Shown here: piece after piece, positions 26,920 through 41,352 of the stretch
Layout of the letters: each line of letters starts with the position of its first letter
Position numbering within the stretch: position 1 is the stretch's first letter
Source: Psilocybe cubensis
Lineage: Eukaryota
Direction of reading: 5' to 3'
NCBI GenBank assembly: GCA_017499595.2
Contig: CM038998.1
Span: forward strand, 3,906,001 to 3,970,000
DNA length: 64,000 nt
Program-made: the position numbers and the translations under genes
The notes under the pieces: generated by a model
The model's database searches: none
Seen by the model: the letters and a program-made list of their open reading frames with translations, nothing else
Told to the model about the DNA's origin: nothing

Positions 26920-27438
26920 CTACACCTGCTGCTGTCCAACATGCCTCCAATCCACATGCTCCGGCTGAATAATCGACCTCTTCCGCTGCGTCTTACACTT
27001 CACCGCGATCACAACCAACAAAAACACCTCCGCCACCACCATCGGCAGCTCAACATACCCCGCCAACCTCTCCCACCCCTCAAACTGCCCCATACCCATA
27101 ATCAGCGCACCCATAATAATAATCATCAACACAACCACACTCCACAGCGCCACGAGGAGCCAGCAGAGCACAATCGCCGCTCTACTAGCCGTAGGCGCCA
27201 TCGTCCCATGCAGCGCCGAGGGCGGGCGACGCCGATCGCGCGCGGCGAGCGCGAGGAGGGTGAAGTTGTGTGCGAGGGTGAAGAGGAACGTGATGGGCCC
27301 GACGAAGCATGATAGCCGGCCCATGTTGATGAGCGACACCGTTGCGCTGGCGCTTGAGAGCACGACGGACGCCCAGAGGTACTGCTCGATCTGCCGCGCG
27401 AGCTTGGAGAAGGGGTGGTTCTCGACTGTGATGGACAT
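26920..27438 (-). CDS. Hypothetical 172-aa membrane protein with about 4 hydrophobic segments
   Basis: Single ATG-initiated ORF, GC-rich third positions against AT-rich flanks, four long hydrophobic stretches. Confidence 0.75.
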   Translation of the reverse strand: MSITVENHPFSKLARQIEQYLWASVVLSSASATVSLINMGRLSCFVGPITFLFTLAHNFTLLALAARDRRRPPSALHGTMAPTASRAAIVLCWLLVALWSVVVLMIIIMGALIMGMGQFEGWERLAGYVELPMVVAEVFLLVVIAVKCKTQRKRSIIQPEHVDWRHVGQQQV

Positions 27439-30425
27439 TGCCGTGTGTGATATGTGTGTAGTATGTGTATCTTCAGAGGTCTATACGCAGCACTCGGTGA
27501 GAGCGAGGCAACTTTCTTTCTTTCTTTCTTTCTTTCTTTCGTTAATCAAGTCTCCAAACGGGCCTGCCGTTTCTGAGCGAGTGCGCGAGGGGCGAAAGCG
27601 GGATTCGAGCCAGTCGATACCCGGTCGTTCGGTCGGTCGTCGTCGTCGTACAAAGTCAACCAGGACTCTGCGCCGCCGCACGCCATCGTCACGAAGCTTT
27701 GTGATTAGCAAGCCTCGTCAGTGTCACGCACCACAGCCTCCCAGGGATCCCACCTCCGGCACGTCCATGCCGGTCGGAGTGGAGGTGACGAAGACCAATG
27801 CCATGGAACATCGAAAGCCAGAATACTCCAGGGTAAAAAAGGTGTAAAAAGAGAAAAGTTGAACGAAAAGAAAGAAAGGTACAAGTTGCTTTGACCTTTG
27901 TCCAGTTGTGGTTCGATCGAACGATGAAGTCACCGCTTAAGCGTATGCGTTCTATTTTTGTCACTCCGATTGAAGGCAAACTGCCGTAGCCGTAGGCTGG
28001 ATTGAAGCCTAAAGCTATCCAACTTCAAGTTTAACCCTCAAAAGGTTGTACATGGTTGTCCCAGTTTTACGTACTTATTTTAATCACGCAACGAATCGTA
28101 GTCCAAGTTTGAAGTGCATCAAACTTCCGACTCAAAAGAGTTCAAAATTCCATCCACCGACTCTCCCAGGGTTAAGATAGTCAGCATTTAATCCACGAAT
28201 AACTCAGATATAACGAGGTTAGGCTGGTACTCCATCGCAATACACCGCGTTATCCGTATATATTTTTTTAACTTAGTATACAAGTTCGTGTGCATTCCGA
28301 ATCGCCGCTCGAGGACCGTGACAATCGAGATAGCAAACTGCCTGTATACGAGGGTGCTCACATAATCGCCCACAAATCCCCCGCACTCAACTGTTGTAGT
28401 CATCAGATTTGCCGAAGAAAATGTCTGATGCCACGTAGCTACTTATTACTGCACGTAACAAAAGCCAGCAATTCCGAGTCAACGTCGCAGGAAAGGTGCA
28501 GCCGGTCAGCGGTCAACGTTGCCCTTAATTTTTGAATACAAAGGAAGAAAAGAAGGTTTCTTGAGATGCTTTCAAGTCGAATTCAAAGGATTAATAAAAA
28601 ATCGCGGCAAACATGGCATGATGGCATGTGCAAATTGTTGGCAAGGCCAAATACACGCTGCGACGCTCCGAGCCTGAGGAATGCTTACGCTGGTCCTGTA
28701 GCTGAATAGCCTCGCTGGCGTACCCCGAGGTATTTAGGCTGCGTACTCAAGCCTGTCGTACCAGTGGCGTTAGATGATATTGTACGTACTGCTGTTAAAA
28801 CTCGGGAGATGGTGTTTTTTTTCTTTGGGGTGTTCTGTCAAAGATCAATCAGAGGGTGATATGCGGATTAGCTGAGGGGATAATTGTTCGCTGGCGGAAT
28901 AGCGGCATGGAGGAGATATCACGGCTGCTCGAATATTCGCAATAACTGTGTGGGTTTTAGATTGTGGGCATCTTTGAGATGTGATAAATCCTAGCGCTGT
29001 GATTGGGCTTTGGAAATGATATATTCACAGGGAAGGAAGTAGTATTTATATCAGAGCAATTATCGAGCCTGATGAAAGAGAATGGTCGAACGTTTGAAAG
29101 AGACCGTTCAAACAACCAACATAGCGGGGAGACTCCCCGGATGGCGTTATATTGGACGTGAGAGTGGATGCAGATAGCGCTGGTTTGGCAGAGGGATTTA
29201 CGCCGTCACAGACTCACGGCGACATGTGGATCAGGGAAGATCGCGCGTAGTACGCGAGGGTCACATGGGTCCCCTTTGGTGGCGGTTATCGCTGGTCCAG
29301 CCAAAAGACGTCACCAGCAGGAACGAGACAGAAAAGAGAGAGATTGGAGGCAGAGCGCGCACTGAAGGAGGTGCGTCTGGTCAGTTGACCGGCTCGATGG
29401 AGACGCTGAGCTCGATGGGTTGTCCAGTCCTCGACCTGGATCGATGATTGATAAACACATATAGATTGATGTGGGCATCAGACGCTGGCGTATGTAAGGC
29501 CTGTGTCGTCGGCGTCTGCGTCTGTGAGACAAGACGACACAGACGGGCTTGGAGAGTCGGAGGGACGGGGCGCATACAGGCACGAGATTGGAAATATATT
29601 CTCCTTCAGGACCAGCGATTGTGCTCCTCGTCATGTCTGGATCACAAGGCTGAGGCATGTTTTCTCAACATTCTCGGGGTCTGAAGCCTTCCCAGCCTAC
29701 CCGGCTCCTGCTCCGGTGTGCACACTGGATATTAAATAAACGCTGAGCTCGCTGAGGCGCTTAGTAGATAGATTGAAGCAGAAAGCAGTCGGGCGACGTC
29801 GCAGTTGCAGTCGCCAGTGCGCAGAAAAGAGAAAAAAAAAGAAAAAGAAAAAAAATGAAGCAGCACGTGGGAGAGGCAAATGCAGCGCTGACACATTTCC
29901 GGGATTCTGTTATAACGACTGAAAAGGCGTTGCTCCTTTTTCTTTCTCTCATACCACCACCATCTCAGCTTTCACCTTTTCCACACCCGCCATTCGTCTC
30001 CAAACGGCGACAGCGAGAGGCGCTTAGTGCTGCCATCTCGATTTCGTCTCATTCAATAGCTCCGACTCCTCAGACAACCGCCTGTGTTGGTCAGTACTCG
30101 CCCTTTTTTCACCCACTTGTCTGCTCATTTCCGCCTGTCAGTTACAAAAACTTTCTGGAACGTGTTGTACACCATGATCATATCCCTGTAAAACCCGCAG
30201 ACACGACCCATCACACCTGCTTCTTGTCAAGCTCGCCTCACTCACGCACGCACGCCTTACACTACTTTTTTTTTCCACAATCGCACCATACCCCTTTCAC
30301 GTTTTCAACGTACATTGTGATCCATCCATACAGTCAAACTTACAAAACAGCTTTCATCTAATCGATTCCATCCATCATCACTTTTTTTCCCAAACACGAC
30401 ATACACAACGACTCCTACAGCAACA

Positions 30426-32745
30426 ATGGCCATTCACGAATCATCAAGCGAGGCTTCCCAGGCAGACGGCGAGGGCGACAGTCCCGATAAACCGCCCCAT
30501 GCCGATCTCTCCAGTCAGCTTCAGTCATCTTTGAACATTTCCCACCCAGCCACCACATCGAGCTCGTCCACAGTCACCCTCACGGCGAACGGTGCGACCC
30601 AGGTGCCGGAAAAGGGCCATAGCCCCGGAAGCTACCCCCTTCCGCCCCCAGATTCCCTCCTCGCAGGCAACAAGCAGCCAGGCTACACTCGAGGTGCCCT
30701 GCAGAAGCTCTCCTCCGTTCCGCTCTCGACAGCCTCATCCTCGTCCTCCGATCAGCCCAACCACAAGCGACAGGCATCGGGCCCGCACAGTCCGCTCCAC
30801 TCTCCCTCGCCATCTGCCACGTCGCCCGCAGACAGCTACTGGGAGGGAGCCAGCGCTCCACCCAGCAGGGGCCCCAGCCGGCCGCCGAGTCAGCCTGCCA
30901 GTCGTGCGCCCAGCATGTCTGCCGGCGTCTCCGGCGGCAAGATCGTAGTTCCGCAGCAGGCTGCCCAGCCTGTGGCGGGCAGGGAGCGACGGGCGAGTAA
31001 GGCGAGCGACACCGTCCCGGTCACCCCCGGCAGGGCCAGCAAGCCGGCCTCGGTCCACTCGGACAAGGGCGAGAGTTCCCACAAGTTCAACCTCAAGGAT
31101 CTGTTGGGCAGCGGGCCCAAGCTTAACAGGAAGAGCTCGCAGCGGTCGACGTCGTCGAGGAAATCAGACTCGGATGCAGGAGACGGGCGTGCCAAGAGCA
31201 CAGCGGGCGATAGTGCTGTCAGTTTGACGCAGAAGTATGGTGTGTGCCAAAAGGTCGCGATTGGGAAAGGAGCGACCAGTGTGGTTAGACTGGCTCATAA
31301 GTGGGATCGCAGCGAAGAGAAGCTATATGCAATCAAGGTAAATGAATCCCATTTCCGCCGCCACTGCTGTCGGTATCGCGATGCTCATTGTTATTCCCAG
31401 GAGTTCCGCAAACGCCGAAAGAACGAGTCGGAGAAGGAGTACGTCAAAAAGCTCACCGCCGAGTTCTGTATATCGTCCACCTTGCACCACCCCAACATTG
31501 TCGAGACCGTCGACCTTGTTCAGGATGAGAACCAACACTGGTGCGAAGTGATGGAATTCTGCCCTGGAGGAGACTTGTACGCTGCCATCAAGAAAGGGTG
31601 AGCATCTCTTTCATCTTTCTGTTCCTTTTAATGCCTGTATGTTTGCTGGTCGTGGTTGGGGAGAGAGAAGGTAGTAAAAACCCTCTGCCCTTTTTACTTG
31701 TTTCATAAGGCTCGGTAGTTTTTCCTGGTCCTTAATACCGCTTGGGTACCTGATCTGTCGGCCGCTGTCGTTCTGTTCCCGTCTCCTCCCGTTTTCTCGT
31801 AACCTCTTGCCCCTATTGATGTTTGATCACTTACGATGATTCTTTCTTATCAATAGCGGTATGAGCCCCAGCGAGGTTGAGTGCTGCTTCAAGCAGATCC
31901 TCAACGGCGTGTCGTATCTTCACAGCCAAGGTGTCGCCCACCGAGACATCAAGCCCGAAAATCTCTTCTTCGATACCAAAGGGCACTTGAAGGTAAATAC
32001 ACACTTTCATTTCATCTAGCTCCAAAGCAAATCAAAATTTCTTTTTCTAACGATAACCCTCCTTTGGTGATACTTTTCCTAGATTGGCGACTATGGTGCA
32101 TCGACCGTGTATCGTCTTCCGTGGGAAGCGACAGTGCACATGTCGACGGGGCTCTGCGGCAGCGAGCCCTACATTGCTCCTGAGCAGTTTTTAAGCAAAC
32201 GTAAGCCGCCATAATTGCTGTTTTGCTCGTATGCAGAGGCAGCCTGACATATCGTGCCCGCTTGCTTTCTGTCGTGCATCTCTCCAAAAATAATCATTTA
32301 AAAAACACCCCCAACAACCCCTTTGTTGTCGACTCGCTTTCGCTACATCCCACCCGTCATCTCTACAGCGTATGACGCACGGTTGGTCGACATCTGGGCA
32401 TGCGGGATCGTGTACTACTGCCTGCACTTCCAGGAGCTGCCATGGCGCGCGGCGCAGCCTGGGACAGACCCGCTGTACTCTGCCTACGCCGCGGCGTGCG
32501 CGAACCCGAACCCAGCGGTGTCGACGTGCCCGCCTACGATCAACAACCTGAACCCGCGCGCGTGCCGGACGCTGATCCGCAAGATGCTCGAGCCGGACCC
32601 GAGGCAACGCTCGACGATCGAGGACGTGATCGCGCACCCGTGGGTCGAGTCGATCGAGGTCTGCCATGAAGGCGTCGAGGCGAAGCATGTCCATGTCAGT
32701 GCGCGGGCGATGGGGATGGCGTATAATATTGGAAATGGGGCGTAG
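30426..32745 (+). CDS. HAL/NPR-family Ser/Thr protein kinase (HRK1/Oca2-like), multi-exon
   Basis: Ser/Pro-rich N-terminus; IGKGATSVV; YAIK|EFRKRR..YVKKLTAEFCISSTLHHPNIVET; VAHRDIKPEN; IGDYG; GLCGSEPYIAPE; DIWACG. Confidence 0.93.
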
Positions 32746-34423
32746 TACTACCACCTCCCTTTTTTGTTTGGTTTGGCTAAATCTTTGTTTGGATTTCGGT
32801 GCGTTGGGTTGTCCTTTTTGTTGTTGTTGTTGTACGTCTGTATTGACATGTGCGCTTTTTTTTCTTTTTTTTTTTGGCCATGTTTTACGTCGACAGCGAA
32901 GATACCGCATTTGGACCCCTTTGGTCGCTTCATCTACTGAATTGGTTCTCTCTATTTCACGAGTAAAGTCTTTTTTTTCACGGTTCAATAACGTCATCCC
33001 GGGCCTAGCTTCCGTTTACCCCGTTCTCTACTTTCTCTTCTCTTCTCTCTTCTTCTTCTCTTCTACTCTCGTTTTTTTCTTCTCCTAAACGTTTGTCACT
33101 GCTAACGGCCCTCCGCCTTTTTTTTACCCTTTTTTTCCATCCGTAACGACCACGATCGAAATTTTCTTTTTTTCTTTCTTTTTGAGCCCAGCAGACATAA
33201 TTTCAATCAACACAAATTAATAACGCTGCTGCTATGCTTCAGAATCCAGCCTCAATTACTCAAGATTTCATCGTGCATCCCGCAATAATGTCACCTCGAT
33301 GCTCGGTTCTCGATCTCGTCAATCAATGCACGTTAATCCGTCGTTGGCGTTCTTCACTTAGTTTTTTGGTTTTACGCGGTTCCGTAATTATTTTTTTTGT
33401 TTGTCATTTTCCTGTTTTCCACTTCTTCTCGAGAGGTCCACTCCCTCAATGTCGTGTCGTGTCGTGTCGTGTCGTGCCGCTTCCCCTATCTCTCCTCCCC
33501 TCCATCAATGAGCTCACTCGCTCCCACCGCACCTTATTTCCTTTCGGCTTCGATCTTCGATTTCGAGCCTTCCATCCGCTCACCCACCCCACCCCACCCC
33601 ACCCACACATGAATGGAATATAATTACAGTTACCTTTCCTTTTTTTGATTCTCGTTTTTTTTTCTTTTTTTCGTGTCCGTGTCCGAGTCTGTGATCGTGT
33701 TCGTGTCGTGGAGCCCGCCCCTCGCCCTCGCATATATACAAATGTAGTGTACATAATTGGAGAGATTATTGCGATTCGGTGTGTGCGAGTGTGTGCTCTG
33801 TGTTCTGCGCTCTGTGTTCTGTTGTGCACTCCCCGTTTTAGTCTTCGTCCTTGATATGGTTCTGGAATCTGGATGAACGTCGAGGGAATCTTTGATTTGA
33901 TTTGATTTTGTTGCGCCACACATGCTTGATTTTGGCTTGATTTAGAATTCAACCTTCCTCTTCCGAGCAGCGAGGCAATTTCGTATTGGACATTTTGGGA
34001 CTTTGTATACAGTCAGCTCGGACAAAAACATGGATTATGACCATTTGACATTGACGATGTGATGAAATAAATGTAGTATCAACTACATACATATTCTAGA
34101 TTTTCTACGCAACACTCCTTTTCCGATGTGATGTGAGGTTGTGAACCCGGAATTATAGAATTACATGATTATGAGACGGACGGGCGGATTGCAAGTGCGA
34201 CGGCTATGATGAATGATGCATGATGATGATGATGATGATTTGGGTGTTGTACAGTAGGGCTACATGTAAGATGTGATGTAAGGTATCAAATGGGAGTCGA
34301 GGCTCATGCTCAGGCTCGGTGAGAGAGAATGACTGGAAAGCAATGTAAAGAAAGCGGTCAGCGGAAAGCGAAAGAAAGGCAGGCAGCATGCTTGAATCTT
34401 GAAGCTTGACTGCGAACACGGTA

Positions 34424-35263
34424 TCAGTCGACATATGAGCTATCCGAGGGATCAGAGAGCGCCTCGGTCCCATCATCGTCATCAGTAGTGTCACCGTCGA
34501 TCAAGCCTTCCTGGATCATGCTCCGTCGCACCGCTTTGGTGTCCAGCTTGATGTCCCCGTTCGTCGGCGCAAAGTATTTGCGCAGGTGCAGCTTGTCGCC
34601 AAACTTGACTGGGTAAAACAGACCTTCTTTGCTCTGTATAACGAAAAAAACGTGGTGGTGTCAATTATAAAAGTTTGTAAATTGAATTCCAAGCCAAAAA
34701 TAAGCGCCCGACTTATTTGGGTGCGGTGCGGTGGATTGGAAGAAGGGATGGTGTACTTACATAGCGCGTCCGGCCTGCTCGGATGAGCGAGGGCCCTCCA
34801 GATACTTTCCCGTAGACCCACTTGGCGCCCTTTGTACGGACCCAAACTAGATCCTGGTCCTGCAAGAAAAAAGAAACACAAAAGAAAACGTATAATGAGC
34901 TTTTTGTTTCTTATTCAACTCATAGTAGCGGTAGCAAGCATCACACAGCGGGAAAACACAGAGTAAAAAAGAGTCGGACGCTTCCCGATCTCGGATTCGG
35001 AAGCGCATGCATGATGGTGCGTGTGTGTGAATTAAATAATAAGCACGAATACGGACCTTGAACGGGTACTCATCCTCGTCGTCCAGCTCACGTTCGTCTT
35101 CGTTGTTATTCACAGCATTGCGTGCTTTTAGCGCCTCACTCCAGGCTTTCACCTGCGCTTCACTAATACTGTGCAGTTTGGTCGACCTACTCGACTTGGT
35201 TGTTCTATTCACAAGGGAGGAGCTAGTAGTAGTAGCTGTACGGCGAGCGGTGGCGACGGGCAT
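34424..35263 (-). CDS. Small (~170 aa) 3-exon hypothetical protein with a Tudor/PWWP-like segment
   Basis: Exons 35263-35057, 34859-~34761 and ~34634-34424 join in frame at GT-AG sites: ...EYPFK|DQDLVWVRTKGAKWVYGKVSGG...TRY|SKEGLFYPVKFGDKLHLRKYFAPTNGDIKLDT...SSYVD*. Confidence 0.75.
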
Positions 35264-36214
35264 TGGGAGATGGGTCAGTTGTATTGTTTCAAAGGTTGTA
35301 TAGTAGTAGGTAATAGGGTAGCGAAGGGCAAGACAGTCGGGGAGGAGGGTATCAGGTCAATCAGATCAAGATGTTTAGTTCAAAGGCAATAAGAGAAGCG
35401 AGGGAACCCAAAAACAGGACGATTGTGGAAATCTTTAATCAAAACGTACTCGGGGGATGATCAAAAGGGCGAACCCCCCTTTATATGATCAGAGGGGCTG
35501 TGTGCCACATGTCAGCCTACGGGTCTTTGTGTTGTGTCAGAATGTGTCATTCAATTTCGGGAAGGTTGCTTGGACCAGTCATTGTCCAGGAATTGTGCCA
35601 TCATCGTCATTTGTCGCCCAAACAAGAAAAGACAAATGCTCCCTTTGGTTTTCTCACCCATATGCAATGCATGTAATCCCTTTGACGCCGCAAAGTACTG
35701 TCCTACTTCAGTTGTCCTAGTAATCATATTTGTATGTCCATTTCAAGGCAAAGTTATAGTGCCACGACATTGCCTCGTTCTCACCCATCGATAACGTCTC
35801 TTACGGAAATGACTCTCGTCAACGACCGCTGCCAGCCAACCTACGTACCACTGGACACGTGGTTGCCACAGTCGGAATTCAAGAATTCTCGCCAACCTTC
35901 CGTTAGCCTGCAGAGTATTTTGGGGACCAAAAAAAGGCCAAGCTGCCCATGGTACGGACCAGTGGTACGCCTATAACTCCTTACAAGGCGGACCTTCGGG
36001 ATGTTTAAATAAGACATCCAATTATGAAATGCAAGTAAACCTGGAATTGTTTATTGTGTCAGCATACACCTGTACCAGATTTTACTCACAAAAACACGGT
36101 GAAAGTAAAGCAATGATATTGAACAATGAATGAGTACAGGTTTATATACAGTGTTGTTGAGGCAAGACGCAGAAAGGTAATCGAGTAGGGGTCACATACA
36201 AAAAAACTAGTCGA

Positions 36215-39200
36215 TCATTGTTGTCCAACGAGCTCTTTGAATTCGGATCCCCAGGTAGGGTTCCTCCTGACGTCTTCGACAAGCGCATCGAATTTCGGGC
36301 TCACACCAGCACCTATCTTGCTCAGAGCAGCAACGGCGCGCAGGGCACTCCGCTGGAGCTCTGCGGCACGCTCCAGATCCTGCTTAACGGTATCTTTCGT
36401 GACAGTTGCGCCCTTCATGGTCTTTTCCAGCTGTGGAGTTGCTTCTTCCAGACGCTGGGAGACGGCGGCAGGTGCGACTTGGGATAGGCGGAATAGCATC
36501 ATATGTGAGATGACCTTGATCTCATCAGAGTCGTCCGCGAGTCCAGGAATGACACGCTCGAGGAATTCATGGAGGTTGAGTTTGGCAAGACATGTGTCGA
36601 GCTTCAGAAAAAATGTGTCCTTAGAAGCTGGCAAATAACGGTATAAGGAAATGAACATACCAAGGTATACATCGTCTCGTAAGCGGTCTTCCTGGTATCC
36701 AGGCCGTCATCGACCTTGTGGGTCCATGGACCCATCTGCACTGTCCTGATCAATGTAGGGTCGACAACGGTTTCCTTGTAGAGGTTAGGAAGAAGCGAAG
36801 CCAGGTGATCCCTGATGAGATGAGGCTTGGTGCGTGCAGCCGAATTCAATGTCGATAGCGCGAGGCGACGAACAATCTAAAAGCATACATTCATTGAAGA
36901 AAGCCGGAAAATTGGAGCCAAATACACTAACCAAATTCTCGTCAATCATGAGTGACAAGAAATCAACCAACAGGGGTGAAAATATTTCATCGAATGATTG
37001 AGATGTGTCTGCGAAAGTGTATCGTATAGCCGACACGACAGTTGCACGCGTATCCGGGTTTTTATCTTTGACCCGTGCCTAGTGAGAGTGGTCAATAATC
37101 ACTGGATGAAGTTTGAAAATAACCCAAACCCTTACATGAAGTTGAGGAAGGTATCGAGAAGGATCGGTGGTGGCCAGCTTTCCTAAGCAGGCTGCCGCGA
37201 CATTGCGTGTCGACTCTTCGGCATTTTGAGAGTTTTCAAAGAGAGGTCTCCAGAGAAGTTCAGCAACACCTTCCAACTGCCCATGCGAACAATGAGTAAC
37301 GACCTGTAATGGGTTTTGTCAATTTAAACACCCTCTCTATAGAGACAAACTGAAAACTACCTCTTTAGCGGCATGCAGCGCCAACAACCGTCTCTTGGAG
37401 TCGTTTTCGACCATCTTGACAATGACGGGCAAAAATTGTTGTAAATTACCAATCGCAATGTTACCTACATAGCCATCAGCTAGCTGCTCGATTTATTGAA
37501 AACTTATTCATTCTAACCTGCGGCAAAGGCTGCTGCTGCTCGTTGTTCTTCCTGGTCAGACGCAAAATGATCGATTACGAGAACAAAGATATCTCTCTGG
37601 GGTGCCATATCACTGCAGGAAGGAAGGGTCAACGGAGATAGTAGCACAGAGTAACGAAATAGAATTACATAAACCGTCCAAGTTCTCCAATGATGAGTAG
37701 GCTGAGGATGACCAAAGAAGGTTTGGCTTTCGTCGAAGGCTGAAAGCAGACAATTATCAGAACTCCATATCAACGTGTTCGGTATGAACGAACCTTGAGA
37801 TATTTGGAATATTCAGCGATGGTCCCAGCCGCAACACCGATCGAGCTCTTGACGACTTGGGCAATACATTTCGCGACATTCGAAGGGCTGCTCTCGGCCT
37901 TGGGTGCCTTTTCGGCTGAAATGACAAGATTGGGAACAATGTGGGTTGCGATTTGGTGGTCGGCTTGAACCAGTGCGGAGAAGAATCGGAAGAGAGACTC
38001 CAAAGCTGCGCCAGACACCAAAGGAGAGTGGGCGACAGCGTAGATGTCAGTCAAGAGGTCGTGTTCCACTTCTGGGAAGGTCAACGTCGGAGAAAGCTCT
38101 AACAGAAGAGCAATTGTTGTCAACGCCTGAGAAAGCAAAGAAATGTCGGCAGTTGAGACATAGGTCTTGATTTGAGGAATAAGAGTTGAAGGAAGCTCAG
38201 AAGGAACCCCGGATTGGTATCTGTTAGGAATAAAAGGATCAGATAAACCAGGGGAAAGAGCCATTACTGAAGCATACCCTTTTAGCAATACATCTAAAGC
38301 ACCGAAAACCTCGACCTTTCCTGCCTTCCCGCTCTTCCTCAGTAGACCCATAAGGTACGCAACACACCGGTTGGTCCAATCATCTCCTACCCTGACGTTT
38401 GCAGTGGCAACCTTGGTGATGACAGTCACAGCATTGTCTGTCTTGCCTGTAGTCCTGCAAATGTATTCCCACTCCTTCTTATCCTTGGAGTTTGCAACAT
38501 CGGTGGCACAAATCCAGATATCAGCAATGCAATCTTCTGCGCAGGTTCGAATTTCTGCATCAGTGTCATGGCTGCTCAATCTGCCAATCGCCTGGTCATA
38601 GAGAGCAACAGTCCAGTCGTTTGCTTTTAGAGGTTTTAAAGAGTTCAGCAAAGCGGAAAATACACGGAATGACTCGGATGTGATTCTTGGGTGCCTCTCA
38701 CCCAAAGAACGCAGCAGAACAGGAGTAAGAGTGGAAAGAGAAGCAGAGAAAACGCTTGGAGGATGGCTAGAGAAAAATAGTGCAAGGAAAGAAAGGCAGG
38801 TAAGGTGCAGAGTAGACGTAGAAGTGGTTGGAGCTTGTGACAAAACGGATTTAGAAGTCGTGACGATCAACGATACTTGAGTGGTCAATGACCCAGGCAG
38901 AACTGTCAACAAGGCTTGCAAAAGTCCAAAGCCGGCCTGCAGCACAGCAGGCGAAGTTTTTGGAGACTTTATTTGGCCCAGTAAAGCCTTAGATAGGGCA
39001 GGAACCTGTGATTTGAGTAGGGTGTACGGAGTTTCCTCCGTATCCATAGGGGCGTCGGTATCACGTTTTCTCTTTCCACGAGGCGAAGATTCGTCCTTAT
39101 AGTCGGGAAGTCCACCATATAGAGTCGTCTGCGTCAACAAAACGACATACGTGGCCCATATTTCGAGCCGGACAGTCTCTTCACGGTCGCCGAATCGTGA

Positions 39201-40766
39201 TATGAGCACAGGAGAAATGTCTCTGTATGTGCGTGTCAGACGGTCTGGGCGGGTGCCAATGACAGCAGAAAGTAATTTAGTGGCTGATCGACGGATTTTG
39301 TATGACGTGTCCTCATCGTCCGAATATCTTTGCAAATGGAAATTAGTGTGAATGAAATATTCAAAAAATATAACGCACTCATCGAGATCTTCCTCGTCGT
39401 CATCCTCTTCAGGGTCTGCCATTTCTTCGTCTTCATCAGCTTCATCGTCGCCGGCATAATTCTACACGATGGTGAGATTTCATGTGTACAAAATTAATTT
39501 CAGACATACTGGGTCGTATTTAATAAATTTATTTCCGACTTCGACAATGGAGGGCAAGTATAAATCGATTTCAGTAGGACATCTCAATACTAATGCCTCA
39601 AGGGCCTGTGAAAAGCATGTCAGAGGTTGTTAATAACTTGATCTTCGGTTTCTAGTTCTTACTTGAAGTGAACCCTCCCTCAATTCGTCATCCGCTTTGT
39701 CGACAGCTTGAAGAATCCCAGGCACAATTCTATCGAGGGCAGGAGCAATTTGACCCGGAGAATTCCTCGCTACAGCAGCAACCAGTTGTACAGTTGTCCT
39801 TTGTTTGTCAAGGCTAGCCGATGGGGTAAGATTAGGTAGGACATCTGATTTCAAAAGCTCGGTAAAGTGGGCAGGATGTGAGATAGGGATGAACTGCGAA
39901 AGAGTGATGATGGCGCGTTTCCTGACCACAGGTCTTTGATGAGATAACAGAGGAGCAAGAACTTTCAAAGGTGCCTTTGCTTGAGTGACGGCAGAAATAT
40001 GATTGGGGAATCGACTGATGAGGATCGACAGGATTGATAAAGTCTCAACGAGTGCTTCGGGAGGTGTCCATGACTAACCGATGAATTCAGTCGTACTTGA
40101 ATGGAATGTGGGATAACTCTTACATTTTGGATCTGCAATAGAAGTTTGGGCGTCAACTTGGCACAAGCTGTTGCAGCTATCTTTCCATCAGGAGGAAGTT
40201 CGGCAGTGATAGTTTTCAAAGCTGATTCTCGTGGTTAGCGCGTTTTCAGCTGGTAAAGCGCATTATATGCCCACCAAGTCCAGATATATCGCGCAGTTCT
40301 TCATCTTTGCCGCTTGAAAAGTCGATGAGTTTATCCACAACCAATTCCATCTGAACCTGTCGAAGGATCTTGATCAACTGCCCTAGACTAAGAATTGTCA
40401 TTTTTTAGTATATATAGTAACAATGAGGGCTACAAACCATTTAACAGCCTGATTCTTGACTTCGGAGATCTTGTCTTCCACCAAAGACAAAACCTGATTC
40501 AACACCTTGTTCTCCACGGCTTCATCGCCTGCAAATGAAGCTGGATCCTGCCTGATCTCTGTCATAAGATCGTTTAGCCCCATGAACCTGTAAAATATAG
40601 ATCAGATCTGTAAACTGCGCGTTCCTTGAAGGCCGTATCTACCGAAAATCCTGGTCTGGGGATTGCATCTGTGATATTCCAAGAACAAAGCATAAGTGTT
40701 GCGTCCAGAGATTGAGTCAGAATATACCTTTTCAATCAGGCTATTCATTAGATATAACTTCGTCAT
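36215..40766 (-). CDS. CAND1: Cullin-associated NEDD8-dissociated protein 1 (TIP120), HEAT-repeat protein, multi-exon
   Basis: MTKLYLMNSLIEK|MQSPDQDFR|FMGLNDLM; EVKNQAVK; YSDDEDTSYKIRRSATKLL; RFGDREETVRLE; LIRTVQMGPWTHKVDDGLDTRKTAYETMYTL. Confidence 0.97.
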
Positions 40767-41352
40767 TTTTACTAAGCAGGTATCGAAGCGAATATAACAA
40801 AAATGAGGGGTGGAGCTTTGGAGAAAAGCAGAGGCATTGAAGCGCCGAAAGCGCACACTAATATCGTTACATCGTAAGTAGTCACGTGTTCTAATTTGGT
40901 CAATCAGGGGTCACCATTCTGAGTCGACTAGCAACCTGTAATGTTTCTCAAAACTTTAGTTTCAAGCGTTGGACTCAGAGTTGAACAATACGTTTTTGTA
41001 GTTAGAATAATTCCAATATCGCAGCCATGTGTTACCTAAGAACGCTAAATTGCATGCACATTCGATCTACTGATTGTCCGTGCCATCCCTGAGGTGTCTT
41101 GCTATGATTTTCATCAACAAACCCATCACACTAGACTGTGAATCGATCGATAGCGATGAGCAATGCGCAACTTGGTGGTAAAGAGTAGTAGTGTCTTGCG
41201 GCGGGATGCGATTCTGAGAGCAAATCCAAGATGTGCATTGAAGAAACTAAGACTCGAGAGCGTCAGGGAAGCGGAAACTAACAAAGAGGTCGTACAATTG
41301 GAATTTAAATCGAATAAAGATAATCGAAAGATGATCAAAACCATGGCAAAAA

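Noticed and set aside
28640..28800. GC-rich patch with short inverted motifs (AGCCT/AGGCT) as a possible ncRNA
   Set aside because: No tRNA, 5S or snRNA signature; the stems are short enough to be chance.
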